A stretch of 64,000 bases of DNA, from contig QPGO01000034.1 of the NCBI GenBank assembly GCA_008632985.1, forward strand, positions 449,311 through 513,310, written 5' to 3'. Origin of the DNA: Psammoneis japonica (lineage: Eukaryota). The notes under the pieces were generated by a model. That model was given only the letters and a program-made list of their open reading frames with translations, searched no databases and was not told the origin of the DNA. Below are positions 33,123 through 43,404 of this stretch, piece after piece. The translations under genes were made by a program, and so were the position numbers. The stretch's first letter is position 1. Each line of letters opens with the position of its first letter.

Positions 33123-35705
33123 TTACATGGGCATCAGTGAGTCTACACCATCAGTTTCGCAGGCCTTCACTGCTGCTTTGAAGTTCGTCCGGAATTTAGA
33201 TTTCTTCTTGTTTTTGGGACTGGACTTCAGAGTCTGTAGAAAGAAGACGGACAAACTCTCACGTAGTCCTTCTGCTCCGTCGTCGTCCATCCCTCGCGCA
33301 TCTTGTTCCCCCATCGGCAAACTCCCATGGGTGGGAATGCCCCGATCAAAAAGTTCCTTCACCTGGGCTGGGCTGTCCAGCGTATCAAATATGCTGGAGA
33401 AGAAAATTGTGAGAAATATCACACCCGACTCTGGAAGCTCATCAGGAGACATGTCGATGACCTTGAGTATGCTCAACTTGAGAGAGTGATGAGAAACGAC
33501 CAGGTGAAATAACAACTTGGCCAGGTTTGCAGCCTTTCGGATCTTGAGCTTGGAAAATTGCTTGAAAATGTCCCAATACGCCAGCTGAAAAGTAAACTTG
33601 CACTGCGGTTGGTAGTCACAAATCCGACTCGCTAAGTGAGAATAAAACGGATTGTAAGACTTTTCGCTCCCACAGCATTCCATCAAAACCCGTACTGTAT
33701 CCCGTTCTGTCCGATTCTTCAGCATGCCAGCGCGTACAAGCTTCTCAAAAGAATCGTCACAATCCTCACTTCCCATGACGATACAGAATATTGAACGCTT
33801 GATGTCGGTGTTCATCCGAAGCTTGGACGCTAGTTTGAGAAGCTTGTTGTCGGGAGCAGACGATGCTGAAGATCCTGCTAATGGCTCTTTAAAGGTTGAT
33901 TTGTTTTCGATGTCGTCATCATTGTCAGGGTGCCGAAACTGATTCCCAACCCACGACGCGCCCACCTTCCACCATCTGCCTTTGGTATCCGCATTGAGTA
34001 CATCATTCAGTGATATTCTCAGACTCGAATCGGACAACCGGAGCCCACCCTTGGCAGTCACGTTAGACTTTATGCACCCGAGAAGTTTTCGTAGCTTCGT
34101 CGTTTTCTCACCATACACGTTGTCCTTCCTGCTCTTCTTGTTGTTTTTCAGGTCCGTAATTGCTGATAACATGTATTCTGTTCTGGAGGAGCTTGCAACC
34201 ACTATATTGCTTTCGTTTGTCTTTGCCTCGGTTGCCCGTTCTTGTGTTAGTAGAACAATCTCTTTTAGTGACAAGGGATCATCGGACCTGAGAGAATACC
34301 CAGAATGACTCAGAATAAGGAGAAGTAGCTCCACATCAATCTCAGAAAACTGTTGAATCAATTCGCGAATGACGCTGTACATGAATGTACAATGCACGAT
34401 TCCAAAGTTATACAAGTAGCACAAGACCAACATAAGGTTGGATGATTCCTTGCTATTGTCAACCTCATCTGCAATCAACTCATCCTGCTCCGCCCCATTC
34501 CGAATGGTACTAAGTTCAGCCCAGAGACGAGTGACGACCTCTTCCAGGATATGACCACCAAGCTGGACTTGATCTCCAGTCTGAAAGTGCACCCCTACCA
34601 CACACGCCACATACACAGGTATGAGCCCAGACATGAGCATGTGACTGGCTATACAGGCGTTTTGTAGATGTTTCCAAAGACTGTCATTAACATCGGAAGT
34701 AGGGTGAGACGAATAGAGCTTGGCAATAGCCTGAGCCACGGAGATCAAAGAGTCTTCCGACAAGCGATTCAAAACGTTGTTGAGACTTCGATCCAAAGAC
34801 CGAAGCGAGTTGATTCTTTCCTCGTCGTCCTTTTGCTCTTTCATTTTCCGCATATGCGGCGGAACATACTTTGTTGGTGGCTGAGTCGAGGTAGGATCGT
34901 GCTTCTTATTTCCGTATATATCCTCTCCCTCCGTAGGATGGTATGTGTCTTTGGTTTTGTTGTCAACTTCTCCGCCGTCTCTGTCTTGGTCGTCGTCGTT
35001 GTCGGAGCTCGAGGAAGCGTCGAGACTATCTCGTTCGGAAACTTTGTCGTTGCTTCCTTCCGAAGAATCATCAGGCTCAATGTCGTTCCTCTCCGAGTCA
35101 TCAAATTCACGCTCTTCTTCTAGGTTGTTCAAAAAGCCATTGCCTTCTTCCAGATCTTCAGAGGAATACTTCTTCATCGGTACCACTTCCTCATCCGAAG
35201 AAGAAGAGGAATGATCGTTGTCGTGAGGAAGGGATTCATCATCGTTGTCTCCTGGATGATGCTCGCTAGATATTCGGTCTGTCAAGTTGTCAAGATCATC
35301 CAAAAAGTCACCAAAGTCATCGCCATACCCCTCTAGCTTCGCGTATTCGCGGTGGAGCTTCTTCTTTTCCTTTGAATTCCCCAGACAAAGTTTCGCTTCC
35401 AATTCTGCAATCTCCGCATCATCGTTTCTCATGGCAGCGGCAATTTCCGGGTCGAGGTTTTCATAAGGGTCGACAACTAATGTTGAGTCTCTTTCTTCTC
35501 CAGCATGTGCAGCATGACCTGCTTTCTCCACTTTTCGTTTCTTCCTTTCGGATTTCGTATGAGGCGTTCCGACTGACGACTTCTGGATTTGATCATCATC
35601 TTGTTGCTTTTCGTCATTCCTGTCATGACGCCTCTTTGACTTCTTCTTCGCTTTACGTTCCTCCTTGCGTCGACTCTTGCGACTTTGAGTGTCTGATAGA
35701 CCCAT
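33123..35705 (-). CDS. NOM1: Nucleolar MIF4G/MA3 protein NOM1/Sgd1
   Basis: KYVPPH, LNRLSE, LRSDDP, GRWWKVGASW and RMNTDIKRSIFC. Confidence 0.92.
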   Translation of the reverse strand: MGLSDTQSRKSRRKEERKAKKKSKRRHDRNDEKQQDDDQIQKSSVGTPHTKSERKKRKVEKAGHAAHAGEERDSTLVVDPYENLDPEIAAAMRNDDAEIAELEAKLCLGNSKEKKKLHREYAKLEGYGDDFGDFLDDLDNLTDRISSEHHPGDNDDESLPHDNDHSSSSSDEEVVPMKKYSSEDLEEGNGFLNNLEEEREFDDSERNDIEPDDSSEGSNDKVSERDSLDASSSSDNDDDQDRDGGEVDNKTKDTYHPTEGEDIYGNKKHDPTSTQPPTKYVPPHMRKMKEQKDDEERINSLRSLDRSLNNVLNRLSEDSLISVAQAIAKLYSSHPTSDVNDSLWKHLQNACIASHMLMSGLIPVYVACVVGVHFQTGDQVQLGGHILEEVVTRLWAELSTIRNGAEQDELIADEVDNSKESSNLMLVLCYLYNFGIVHCTFMYSVIRELIQQFSEIDVELLLLILSHSGYSLRSDDPLSLKEIVLLTQERATEAKTNESNIVVASSSRTEYMLSAITDLKNNKKSRKDNVYGEKTTKLRKLLGCIKSNVTAKGGLRLSDSSLRISLNDVLNADTKGRWWKVGASWVGNQFRHPDNDDDIENKSTFKEPLAGSSASSAPDNKLLKLASKLRMNTDIKRSIFCIVMGSEDCDDSFEKLVRAGMLKNRTERDTVRVLMECCGSEKSYNPFYSHLASRICDYQPQCKFTFQLAYWDIFKQFSKLKIRKAANLAKLLFHLVVSHHSLKLSILKVIDMSPDELPESGVIFLTIFFSSIFDTLDSPAQVKELFDRGIPTHGSLPMGEQDARGMDDDGAEGLRESLSVFFLQTLKSSPKNKKKSKFRTNFKAAVKACETDGVDSLMPM

Positions 35706-36115
35706 TGTCACCTCTTTTCATAGATCAAAAACAGAGTTTGTACAGGAACGCCCATGCCTCATAATCCCGTTGCTTGGAGTTTGGACCTTCGCAATTTCAA
35801 ATTTGGGTGGCGATCGGCCAGCCGTCCGTCCGTCGCTTATGACAGTGCGTTCTTCGTACGTTTATCAGTGCCACGTGTCACGAATTTGTCACGCATGCCA
35901 TCCACTTGGAGGAAAACCTTATTAGGTCATGAGCCGGGATGAATACGGGCTGTTGGCAATTTTCTCATCATCTCATTTTCGTCGTGTGATAGCTTTGCTA
36001 CTTCAACCCCCTCCTCGACGACAACAACAACTAAAAGCATCAATCGCAAGTCATTACCTTTGCCACGACATCATTGGTTGGAAATTACGATTCAAATCAC
36101 CGATCGAAATCCAAA

Positions 36116-36616
36116 ATGAAGTACTGTCTCGTTGTAGTTGCCGCTGTCGTATCTTCGGCTTGCGCATTCGCCCCCTTGCCTTTTGCGATCACCAGGCAAA
36201 GTACGGATCTGAGTTTGTTTGGCCCGGCTAAAAAAGAAGGAGAAGAAGGAGGTAAAGGACCAATGGCAGGCATGGCGGAGCAAATGGAAATGTTTAAAAA
36301 GGCCCAGGCGATCGCAACGAAGAAGAAGGAGATCGATGCTGAAGTGGCAAAGCTCGACATTAAGGGAAGCAGCGAGAATGGAAAGGTTTCAACGACTGTC
36401 AAGATTGTCCCAGGATCTAATCCTATGAATCCTGCTCCTGATTTCCAAGTGGCATCCATCGATTTTGACGATGAATTCTTTGAATCTGCTGATGCGGAAG
36501 AATTGGGAAATGCAGCAGTTGAGGCCATTCGCGACGGAGAAAAGAAGTGCATTGAAGGAATGAACGAAAAATACGCCGTTCTTGCTGGTGATTTGCAAAC
36601 TATGATGCAGAAGTAA
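36116..36616 (+). CDS. YbaB/EbfC-like protein, plastid-targeted
   Basis: Signal peptide + ACAFAP; MEMFKKAQ...GSSENGKV...IDFDDEF has the YbaB-like layout. Confidence 0.7.
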   Translation: MKYCLVVVAAVVSSACAFAPLPFAITRQSTDLSLFGPAKKEGEEGGKGPMAGMAEQMEMFKKAQAIATKKKEIDAEVAKLDIKGSSENGKVSTTVKIVPGSNPMNPAPDFQVASIDFDDEFFESADAEELGNAAVEAIRDGEKKCIEGMNEKYAVLAGDLQTMMQK

Positions 36617-36861
36617 ATTAAGAACATCCATCTTTTGCAAGAATGCGCGCTGATCCGTGTTGGAGGAAGCAATTTATCTTCCTTGTATTTTACAGGAAAC
36701 TTAGACAGGTATGTCGTGGGCCAGCTTGCTTGTTCTTACAATCTTGCGCGAAACAGGAAAAGTGTACGAAGTCACAAACACTGCAGATTTCTAAACACAT
36801 ACTACCCTAGTTTGTACCGAAATTTTAATCGTCTCCACGAGAACAAGAGATGATAAAGTCC

Positions 36862-39008
36862 TTACGCCCACGTCGCTCTCACAGCAGGCGTGAAGAGTGA
36901 GCAAACCTTGACCCAACGCTGAACGTCTGGAGTGGATTCGAGGGTGGAAGATGGGACCTTCGCAACCACCTCATAAAGCGCTGCATCATCCTTGCTAGGT
37001 AGATCTCCATTCACAAAAATCTTTCCGTTCAGAGCTTTCTCCAACTCTTGGAGTCCTTCTTCGCTTGCGAGATTCACGTCCTCAAAATTGCTAACGCCCA
37101 TTGCCGTCTCGCTCTTGGGTGCATTCTGCGCAGCCATTGCGAGCTGGTCGTCTGTAGGCTTCATGGCAGGGAATAGAAGCACCTCCTTGATGTTATTCTT
37201 GTTGGACAAAAACATGGTGAGGCGGTCTACACCGAGACCCCATCCACCAGTAGGAGGAAGGCCGTGCTCCAAAGCTGTAATGAAGGAATCGTCGAGAACC
37301 ATAGCCTCATCATCTCCCTTCTTACCAGCCATTGCTTGTTCAAGAAAGCGTTGATACTGCACGACGGGGCTATTCAACTCTGTGTATGCATTAGCAAGCT
37401 GAAGCAAGACGAGAAACAAGTATGTTAGCGACAACCAACGCAAGTTCCTGAAAGACTGGCGCTTATCAATGTTCTTTACCTCTCTACCAGCAACAAATAG
37501 TTCGAATCGTTCAGTCAGAAACTTCTTGGAGCGATGACTCTTGGCAAGTGGACTCATGATTTCGGGGTGTTCGGTAATAAAGGTCGGATTCACAATGTTG
37601 TCTTCGAGGAATGCGCCAACCAAGGTATCAAGCAACCGTGCCGTTGTATGAGGAGGCGTGCACTCTAGTCCAAACTTCTCTAAGATCTCTGACAGCTTAT
37701 CATCGATGTCAGGATCATCCAAGCTAGGAAGCTTCATTTTCATCTCCTTTTCAAGTCCCTCCATCATGGAAATTCGGGGCCACGGTGGACTGAAATCGAC
37801 CTCAACCTACGACAAAACGACAAAACCGGAGCACATTAAACGACAACACGGAGAACATTAAAGCTGAAATGATGCAACGCGCGATTGAAACTCACCTCAG
37901 GCATTCCTGGCTTGGGGGAGAATTGGATCTTGTACCCTCCAGTGATATCCTTGACCATGCCGCTGACGAGCTCCTCTGTCATGTTCATAAGGTCCTCGTA
38001 ATCTGCATAGGCCTGATAGAACTCACAAGTGGTGAATTCTGGATTATGCGTAAGATCAATTCCTTCGTTACGAAACTGACGTCCAATTTCATAAACACGG
38101 TCGAGCCCGCCAACAACCAGCATCTTTAGGTAAAGCTCTGGAGCGACACGCAGATAGAGGTCCATGCTCAGATCGTTGTGGTACGTGATAAAGGGCTTCG
38201 CCACGGCACCTCCTGGGATCATATTCATCATGGGTGTCTCGACTTCGAGAAAATGTCGGTCGTTCAAATACTTGCGAATGGCATCAATGATCTTGGCCCT
38301 AATTTCAAACGTCTTGCGCACATCCGCATTAACGATGAGATCAAGGTACCGTTGACGGTATCTCGTTTCCATGTTCGTGATACCACCCTGACATGAATCT
38401 CCCTTGGCAAAGGGAAGCATGTGAAGACAAGGCGACAGAAGAATCATTTCTGTGGCGAAAATTGAGAGCTCCCCACTCTTACTCTTTCCAGGAAACCCCT
38501 TGATGCCAATCACGTCACCACGCCTGAGCACACCATGAATTTTGTAGAAGGCCTCTTCTCCTTCTGCATAAGTCTTGAGGTCAGACATGACTTGCAACCT
38601 AGCTCCGTCGCCACGGATATCGTAAAAGAGGAGTTTGCCTTGTCCGCGCAATGAGACGACGCGGCCTGCTACTGAAACTTGATCTTCGAGACGCTCGCCC
38701 ATCGTTGTTTTCTCCGCAAACTCGGCAGCGAAATCGGGCAAACGGTAGTCCACGTGAAACTTATGGGGATACGCGGTACCTCCTTCCTTTTCTACTTGCT
38801 TGACCATGGCTTCTCGATTCGCCTTATACTGCGAGGGATCAAGTTCTTCATCAGCCGCTGCTCCCATCTTCTTCTTGGGAGGATTGGCCTTGGCTTGAGC
38901 CGCTCGCTTCGCCTCCTTTTCTGCCTTAGCCTTTGCAGCCTTTTCAGCCTTGAGCTTCTTCTTGAGAGCGTTCTTAGAAAGCGGTGCCGCTGTTGTATCC
39001 GTTGTCAT
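36862..39008 (-). CDS. KARS: Cytosolic lysyl-tRNA synthetase (class II), 3 exons
   Basis: [39 protein letters not shown] and [14 protein letters not shown]. Confidence 0.96.
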
Positions 39009-39327
39009 GTTGGAATAAGTTCAAACACGCAGTTCTATCTTGTTATGAACGAGACGGTGTGGTGTGTGGTGTTGCAATGTCCGATCGCTTTTTTGAAACG
39101 CGTTTTCTCCCTCCAAGATAGTCGTCCCTTCTACCGGTACAGTACAGTTAGTCCGTCTCCCCCAAAAATGCTTTTTGTGGACCAGAGCATGCCTATGAAC
39201 TAGTACTGAGCTCACTCACAACACGCGGAAAGCACCGACGCTGAATGAAGCATGTGTTGTTTGGTTGCTTTGCGTTTCCCATCGGTAGTCTTATTACCAG
39301 TATTCCCGCTCTAGCGTCGTATGTAAC

Positions 39328-40474
39328 ATGGCTGCTGTAATCGAAACTGAAGAGAGAGTGAATTCTGTTCACATTGAAGGGGTGGTAAGTTTCGTGAGAA
39401 ACAACGAACGAGATCATGACGTGAAAGTTGAGCTTTTGCTGCGGTAATAATTCTTGTCGCTTGTTCTCCCAACCATACATGCGATGCTTCAAAAATATCA
39501 TTATTCACAAATTTTCGTATTCATAATAATTCACAACACGACAGGCCCTGCTAAAAATTGTAAAACACTGCCATGCGTCGCTCCCTCAAATGGTAACCGG
39601 CTCGTTGTTGGGATTGGCTACCGGTGGCGTTCTGGAGATTACCCACGCTTTCCCGTTACCTGAGCCTCGGAACGATTACAAATCCGATTATGTCAAGGCT
39701 CCAACTGATGGAGAAGAGGGTGGAGATGACGAAACCGCTGGTCTAGAGGGCCATGAGTTCCAATTGGAAATGATGAAAATGTTGCGAGAGGTCAACGTGG
39801 ACAACAACTGTGTCGGCTGGTATCAAAGTATGTACCTTGGTGCTTATTCCTCATCGTCTGTCGTGGAGACTCAGCTTTCTTACCAGACAGATCTGAGTCC
39901 AAACGCAGTGGTTGTCTTGTATGATCCAATGCAGACCACCCACGGGAATCTTGTTCTCAAGTGCTACCGCCTCACCGAGGAGTGCGTGCAACTCAAGGAG
40001 AGCGGCAAGAACAACTACATCGACCCGAAGAATATCTTTGAAGAGATTCCTGTAACACTTGTCAATCCTGGGTTGGTTCGTGCTCTACTTTTGGATGTAT
40101 CTGAGGGGATGTACGGCGGACCTCCCAATGCAACTGATACAACCTTTGATCGGCTCGACCTCAGTACAAATCCCTATCTAGAAAAGCACTTGGAGTTCCT
40201 CTGTAACTGGGTGGATGATCTAGCAGCTGAACAGCACAAGTTCCAGTATTACACCCGCAGTATTGCGAGAGGTCGACCTGATCGGCGAAAGCAGCAAAGG
40301 GTTACCAGCGAAGACTGGAAGGCAAGTGATGCACCCAAGAGAATGGAGAGTTTGCTCATTACCAATCAAATTCGTAGCTACTGCGACCAGGTGGATAAGT
40401 TTGCTGGAGGAGGATTCAGCAAGCTTTTTTTGGCGGGTGGGCTTCATAAGGAGGAAAGGGCGACTTCCTCGTAA
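39328..40474 (+). CDS. EIF3H: Translation initiation factor eIF3 subunit H (MPN domain)
   Basis: Exon 1 MAAVIETEERVNSVHIEGV, intron 39385-39544, then ALLKIVKHC..VTGSLLGL, MLREVNVDNNCVGWYQS and KLFL. Confidence 0.93.
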
Positions 40475-40584
40475 GAAAATGAAGGAAACACGTTGTTATA
40501 GTCTATGATAAGTAGCACGTTACCTTACTGCAGCAGAATCGCGTGCGTTTTTTGTGTTACTCATCATGCAGCGTAAAACAAGTT

Positions 40585-41130
40585 TCATGGTGATGCTGGC
40601 AAACCCAGCTCTGCGTAAAAAGCCTTCATCTTTTCATCCATCTTCTCCCTTGACGACGCATGAGCGTCTTGCATTGCATCTGTTAGGGCGGCACAAAGAT
40701 CCCTTCCTGAAATGCCACTTAGATAAGATTCGTCAATGTCAACACCTTTAGGACGCTGTTGACCATCAAAATAAACTTTCACTTTTCCATCGGCGGCGAC
40801 TCCCTCAACCACAACCGTGGACAACTCTTGCACAATCGCCTCTGTCATTTTTCCGGCTTTCTGCGCCTTTTTGAAGCTATCCATCGAGTCCATTACCGAA
40901 ACCACACCTCCCATTTTAGGACGTCTCTCAGTCGAGTCGTCGTCATTCTTCTTTTTTGAATCTTTGCTCTGAAACCAGAACAAATTCAAAGTCGATCGTT
41001 GAGAAGATCTTGGCCTTGGACGGGCTTGAGTCCACCGCCGCGTCGATTTAACAACGAAAGCCGAACCGAGCGATATTATTGAAAAGCAAAGTAGCGTCAA
41101 GGAAAGGAGACGGGCGATAGTGATTGCCAT
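40585..41130 (-). CDS. YbaB/EbfC family protein, plastid-targeted
   Basis: Signal peptide + GSAF; FKKAQ...VEGVAADGKVKVYFDGQQRP..VDID...ALTDAMQDA. Confidence 0.85.
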   Translation of the reverse strand: MAITIARLLSLTLLCFSIISLGSAFVVKSTRRWTQARPRPRSSQRSTLNLFWFQSKDSKKKNDDDSTERRPKMGGVVSVMDSMDSFKKAQKAGKMTEAIVQELSTVVVEGVAADGKVKVYFDGQQRPKGVDIDESYLSGISGRDLCAALTDAMQDAHASSREKMDEKMKAFYAELGLPASP

Positions 41131-41491
41131 TTTACCGTAAAATCAATGAAAAATTAAATGAGCGTATAGAAGTACATAGGTACAGTAGCGACAAGTTTCA
41201 GTTGGAAGTGTCACCGCCATCATGATGTGCTCTGCGTGTGTTGCTGTGTTGTCCTTTGTCGCGACGTACGACTACAGACCTTGCTGCTGCGTTCGTAGAT
41301 ACGGTAAATAGTAAATAGCTAGCTCTACTAGAGATAGACGACTCCTCTCTCTACTACAGTCTAGCTAGAGCAGTTTCAAGATAGCTAGCCCTAGGACTCT
41401 CTCTCTCTCTCTCGTAGTAGAGTAGCAGTAGAGATGATCGCAGTACTCCTAATAACGAAGCGGCATAGTGATGCTTCATTCCGACTCTACT

Positions 41492-41632
41492 CTAGCTTGC
41501 TTGCTTGGCCCTCGTTATCGACTCAAGTGACAAGTGGTCTGCCTCTACCGTAGCGCCTATAGCTAGCTTGCTTGGCCTTCGTTATCGACTCAAGTGACAG
41601 CAAATGGTCTGCCTCTATCGTAGTGCGTGTAG
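41492..41632. repeat. ~70-bp tandem duplication
   Basis: CTAGCTTGCTT..GGCC.TCGTTATCGACTCAAGTGACA..TGGTCTGCCTCTA.CGTAG occurs twice. Confidence 0.85.
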
Positions 41633-41927
41633 TCGTTAACCTATCGAGTACACAACTTTCAAAGACCAAACTTTGCGATGCATGGTTGATGATTAGTGAG
41701 AGCAGGGTGTATGAACCATGAGTGTGATAGTCCTCGGAAACACATACCGTGCGGGACTTAGCTCCTAGTTCCTACTCGTGTTGAGACATTAGACTTCAGA
41801 CTTCTCTCGATGAAATGATTTGTTCCTGGTCCAGTCGGTGGCGTTTCTAGACCTTGGTATTCTGTCCTTGGCATTGATGTTGCTCTGATATGCCCGCTAG
41901 GAAACAGCGTCACATCAAGCAACGAAT

Positions 41928-43001
41928 TCACAAGTCAGCGTCCCAGAGTTTACCGAGCTCTGGTGCATTTGGTGCCAACTCGGAAGCTGCTACCTCCTCG
42001 ATACTACACGTACTTGACCCATCGTCAGAATACGAGGGAACAAGTACAAGACAGTCCCCGTAGCCATGCTCAGATAGAAATGCACGCGCAGGTGCAAAGG
42101 GGGCGTGAATAACAGCAAACTGATCGGCCTGGACGAGAAGGACCGGCCGTACTCCGTTCGCTCTTTTTCTATCAAAGGAAGGAGCGAGGAGAGAGACACA
42201 ATCAAGAGAGCAACCATACTCGAGAGCCTTCCTCTGATGTTCTGTCGATATTTCTCCGTTGCTGAAGAGAACTGCCGCTCCGTATTGTATGGGGTGAAGG
42301 CTAAGTCGATCGTCACGCTTCGCTGCTTCAACTGCTTTGTCGAGTAGCCGGCGCGCTTGATCAGACAAGGAAGCCGCAAGGCTACTTTGTTTTTCGGCCT
42401 TTGCCTCTCCCCCTAAACGTGCAGCTTCTTTGGCATCTAGCCGTACATACGGAGACGGATATGGATACAATTGCCTCAGGGTCGTTCTGATGCTACACCA
42501 CTCATGGGACATGTGATCGTTTCCGGAGCAAGGCATTAACAGATTTCTCATCGCGGACGATTCCTTTCGACTAGACGAAACGTCTAGGTTGCACTTTTGA
42601 CAAACACTTCCGGCCAACACAATAGGAACGTCCCAAGGTACTTTACTGTTGCTGGCAAAATACTCTCTGCAGAGCATCCCCGGTGAAATTGGAGTGACAA
42701 AGTCAGTTGTAATTATGACTCGTGTGACTCTGCGCAGGTTTGGAAGAAACCTCAGTTGAATAAGCGCGGCTCGTTCTGCACATATAGACCCACCTATGTA
42801 GCATGGCTCGTCGTTTGTGCCAACTACGTGGTGTCGCGTTGGAGGTGTCTGCGAGTTCGACTGGTCATCCTCATCCAATTCGTAAAATACTATTGCGAGC
42901 ACTCGAAATGACGACTGCAGTGGTGAGGACGAAAGAGAAAGACGATGCTTGTGAGCCAGCTGAATGTCATTCACGTCGCTGTCATCGGCGGGGGTCGCCA
43001 T
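41928..43001 (-). CDS. Cytidine deaminase-like protein with two tandem deaminase domains
   Basis: S.FRV.A, GTN.E, SICAERAA and SPGMLCRE in domain 1; degenerate second domain (YGAAV, YGCSLDC, PFAPAR). Confidence 0.8.
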   Translation of the reverse strand: MATPADDSDVNDIQLAHKHRLSLSSSPLQSSFRVLAIVFYELDEDDQSNSQTPPTRHHVVGTNDEPCYIGGSICAERAALIQLRFLPNLRRVTRVIITTDFVTPISPGMLCREYFASNSKVPWDVPIVLAGSVCQKCNLDVSSSRKESSAMRNLLMPCSGNDHMSHEWCSIRTTLRQLYPYPSPYVRLDAKEAARLGGEAKAEKQSSLAASLSDQARRLLDKAVEAAKRDDRLSLHPIQYGAAVLFSNGEISTEHQRKALEYGCSLDCVSLLAPSFDRKRANGVRPVLLVQADQFAVIHAPFAPARAFLSEHGYGDCLVLVPSYSDDGSSTCSIEEVAASELAPNAPELGKLWDADL

Positions 43002-43305
43002 TGTCGATTGTAGACTTCAGACTGTCGACTCGGCGCATGAAACAGCAGCCGCATGCAGGAATCAGGAATCCAATGCGAAGTCGCACAATGGCGCACGCGT
43101 CGTGTTGTGGGGCGCGCCAGTTGAAAAGTCGGGAGCGATTCCCCACCACACACACCTTGCCAACACCTCTTGCATAAAAACAAATGAACTGCGAGAGCAG
43201 AAAATAAAAAACAAACGAAAAGACAACAGCGACAGTGGCAGAAGTTTCGTGCATTCAACTAACATGCATGGCAGCGGAAACGAGCAAAAGGAGATTATTT
43301 ACAGA

Positions 43306-43388
43306 CGACAGTAGCAGGGTTTGAACCTACGCGGGAGGAGTCCCAATCGATTTCAAGTCGATCGCCTTAACCACTCGGCCATACTGTC
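43306..43388 (-). tRNA. tRNA-Ser(UGA)
   Basis: GACAGTA/TACTGTC acceptor stem, TGGCCGAGTGG A-box, ATCGA-CTTGAAA-TCGAT anticodon arm, long variable arm and GGTTCAAACC B-box. Confidence 0.95.
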
Positions 43389-43404
43389 AAACGTGTATTT
43401 GACA

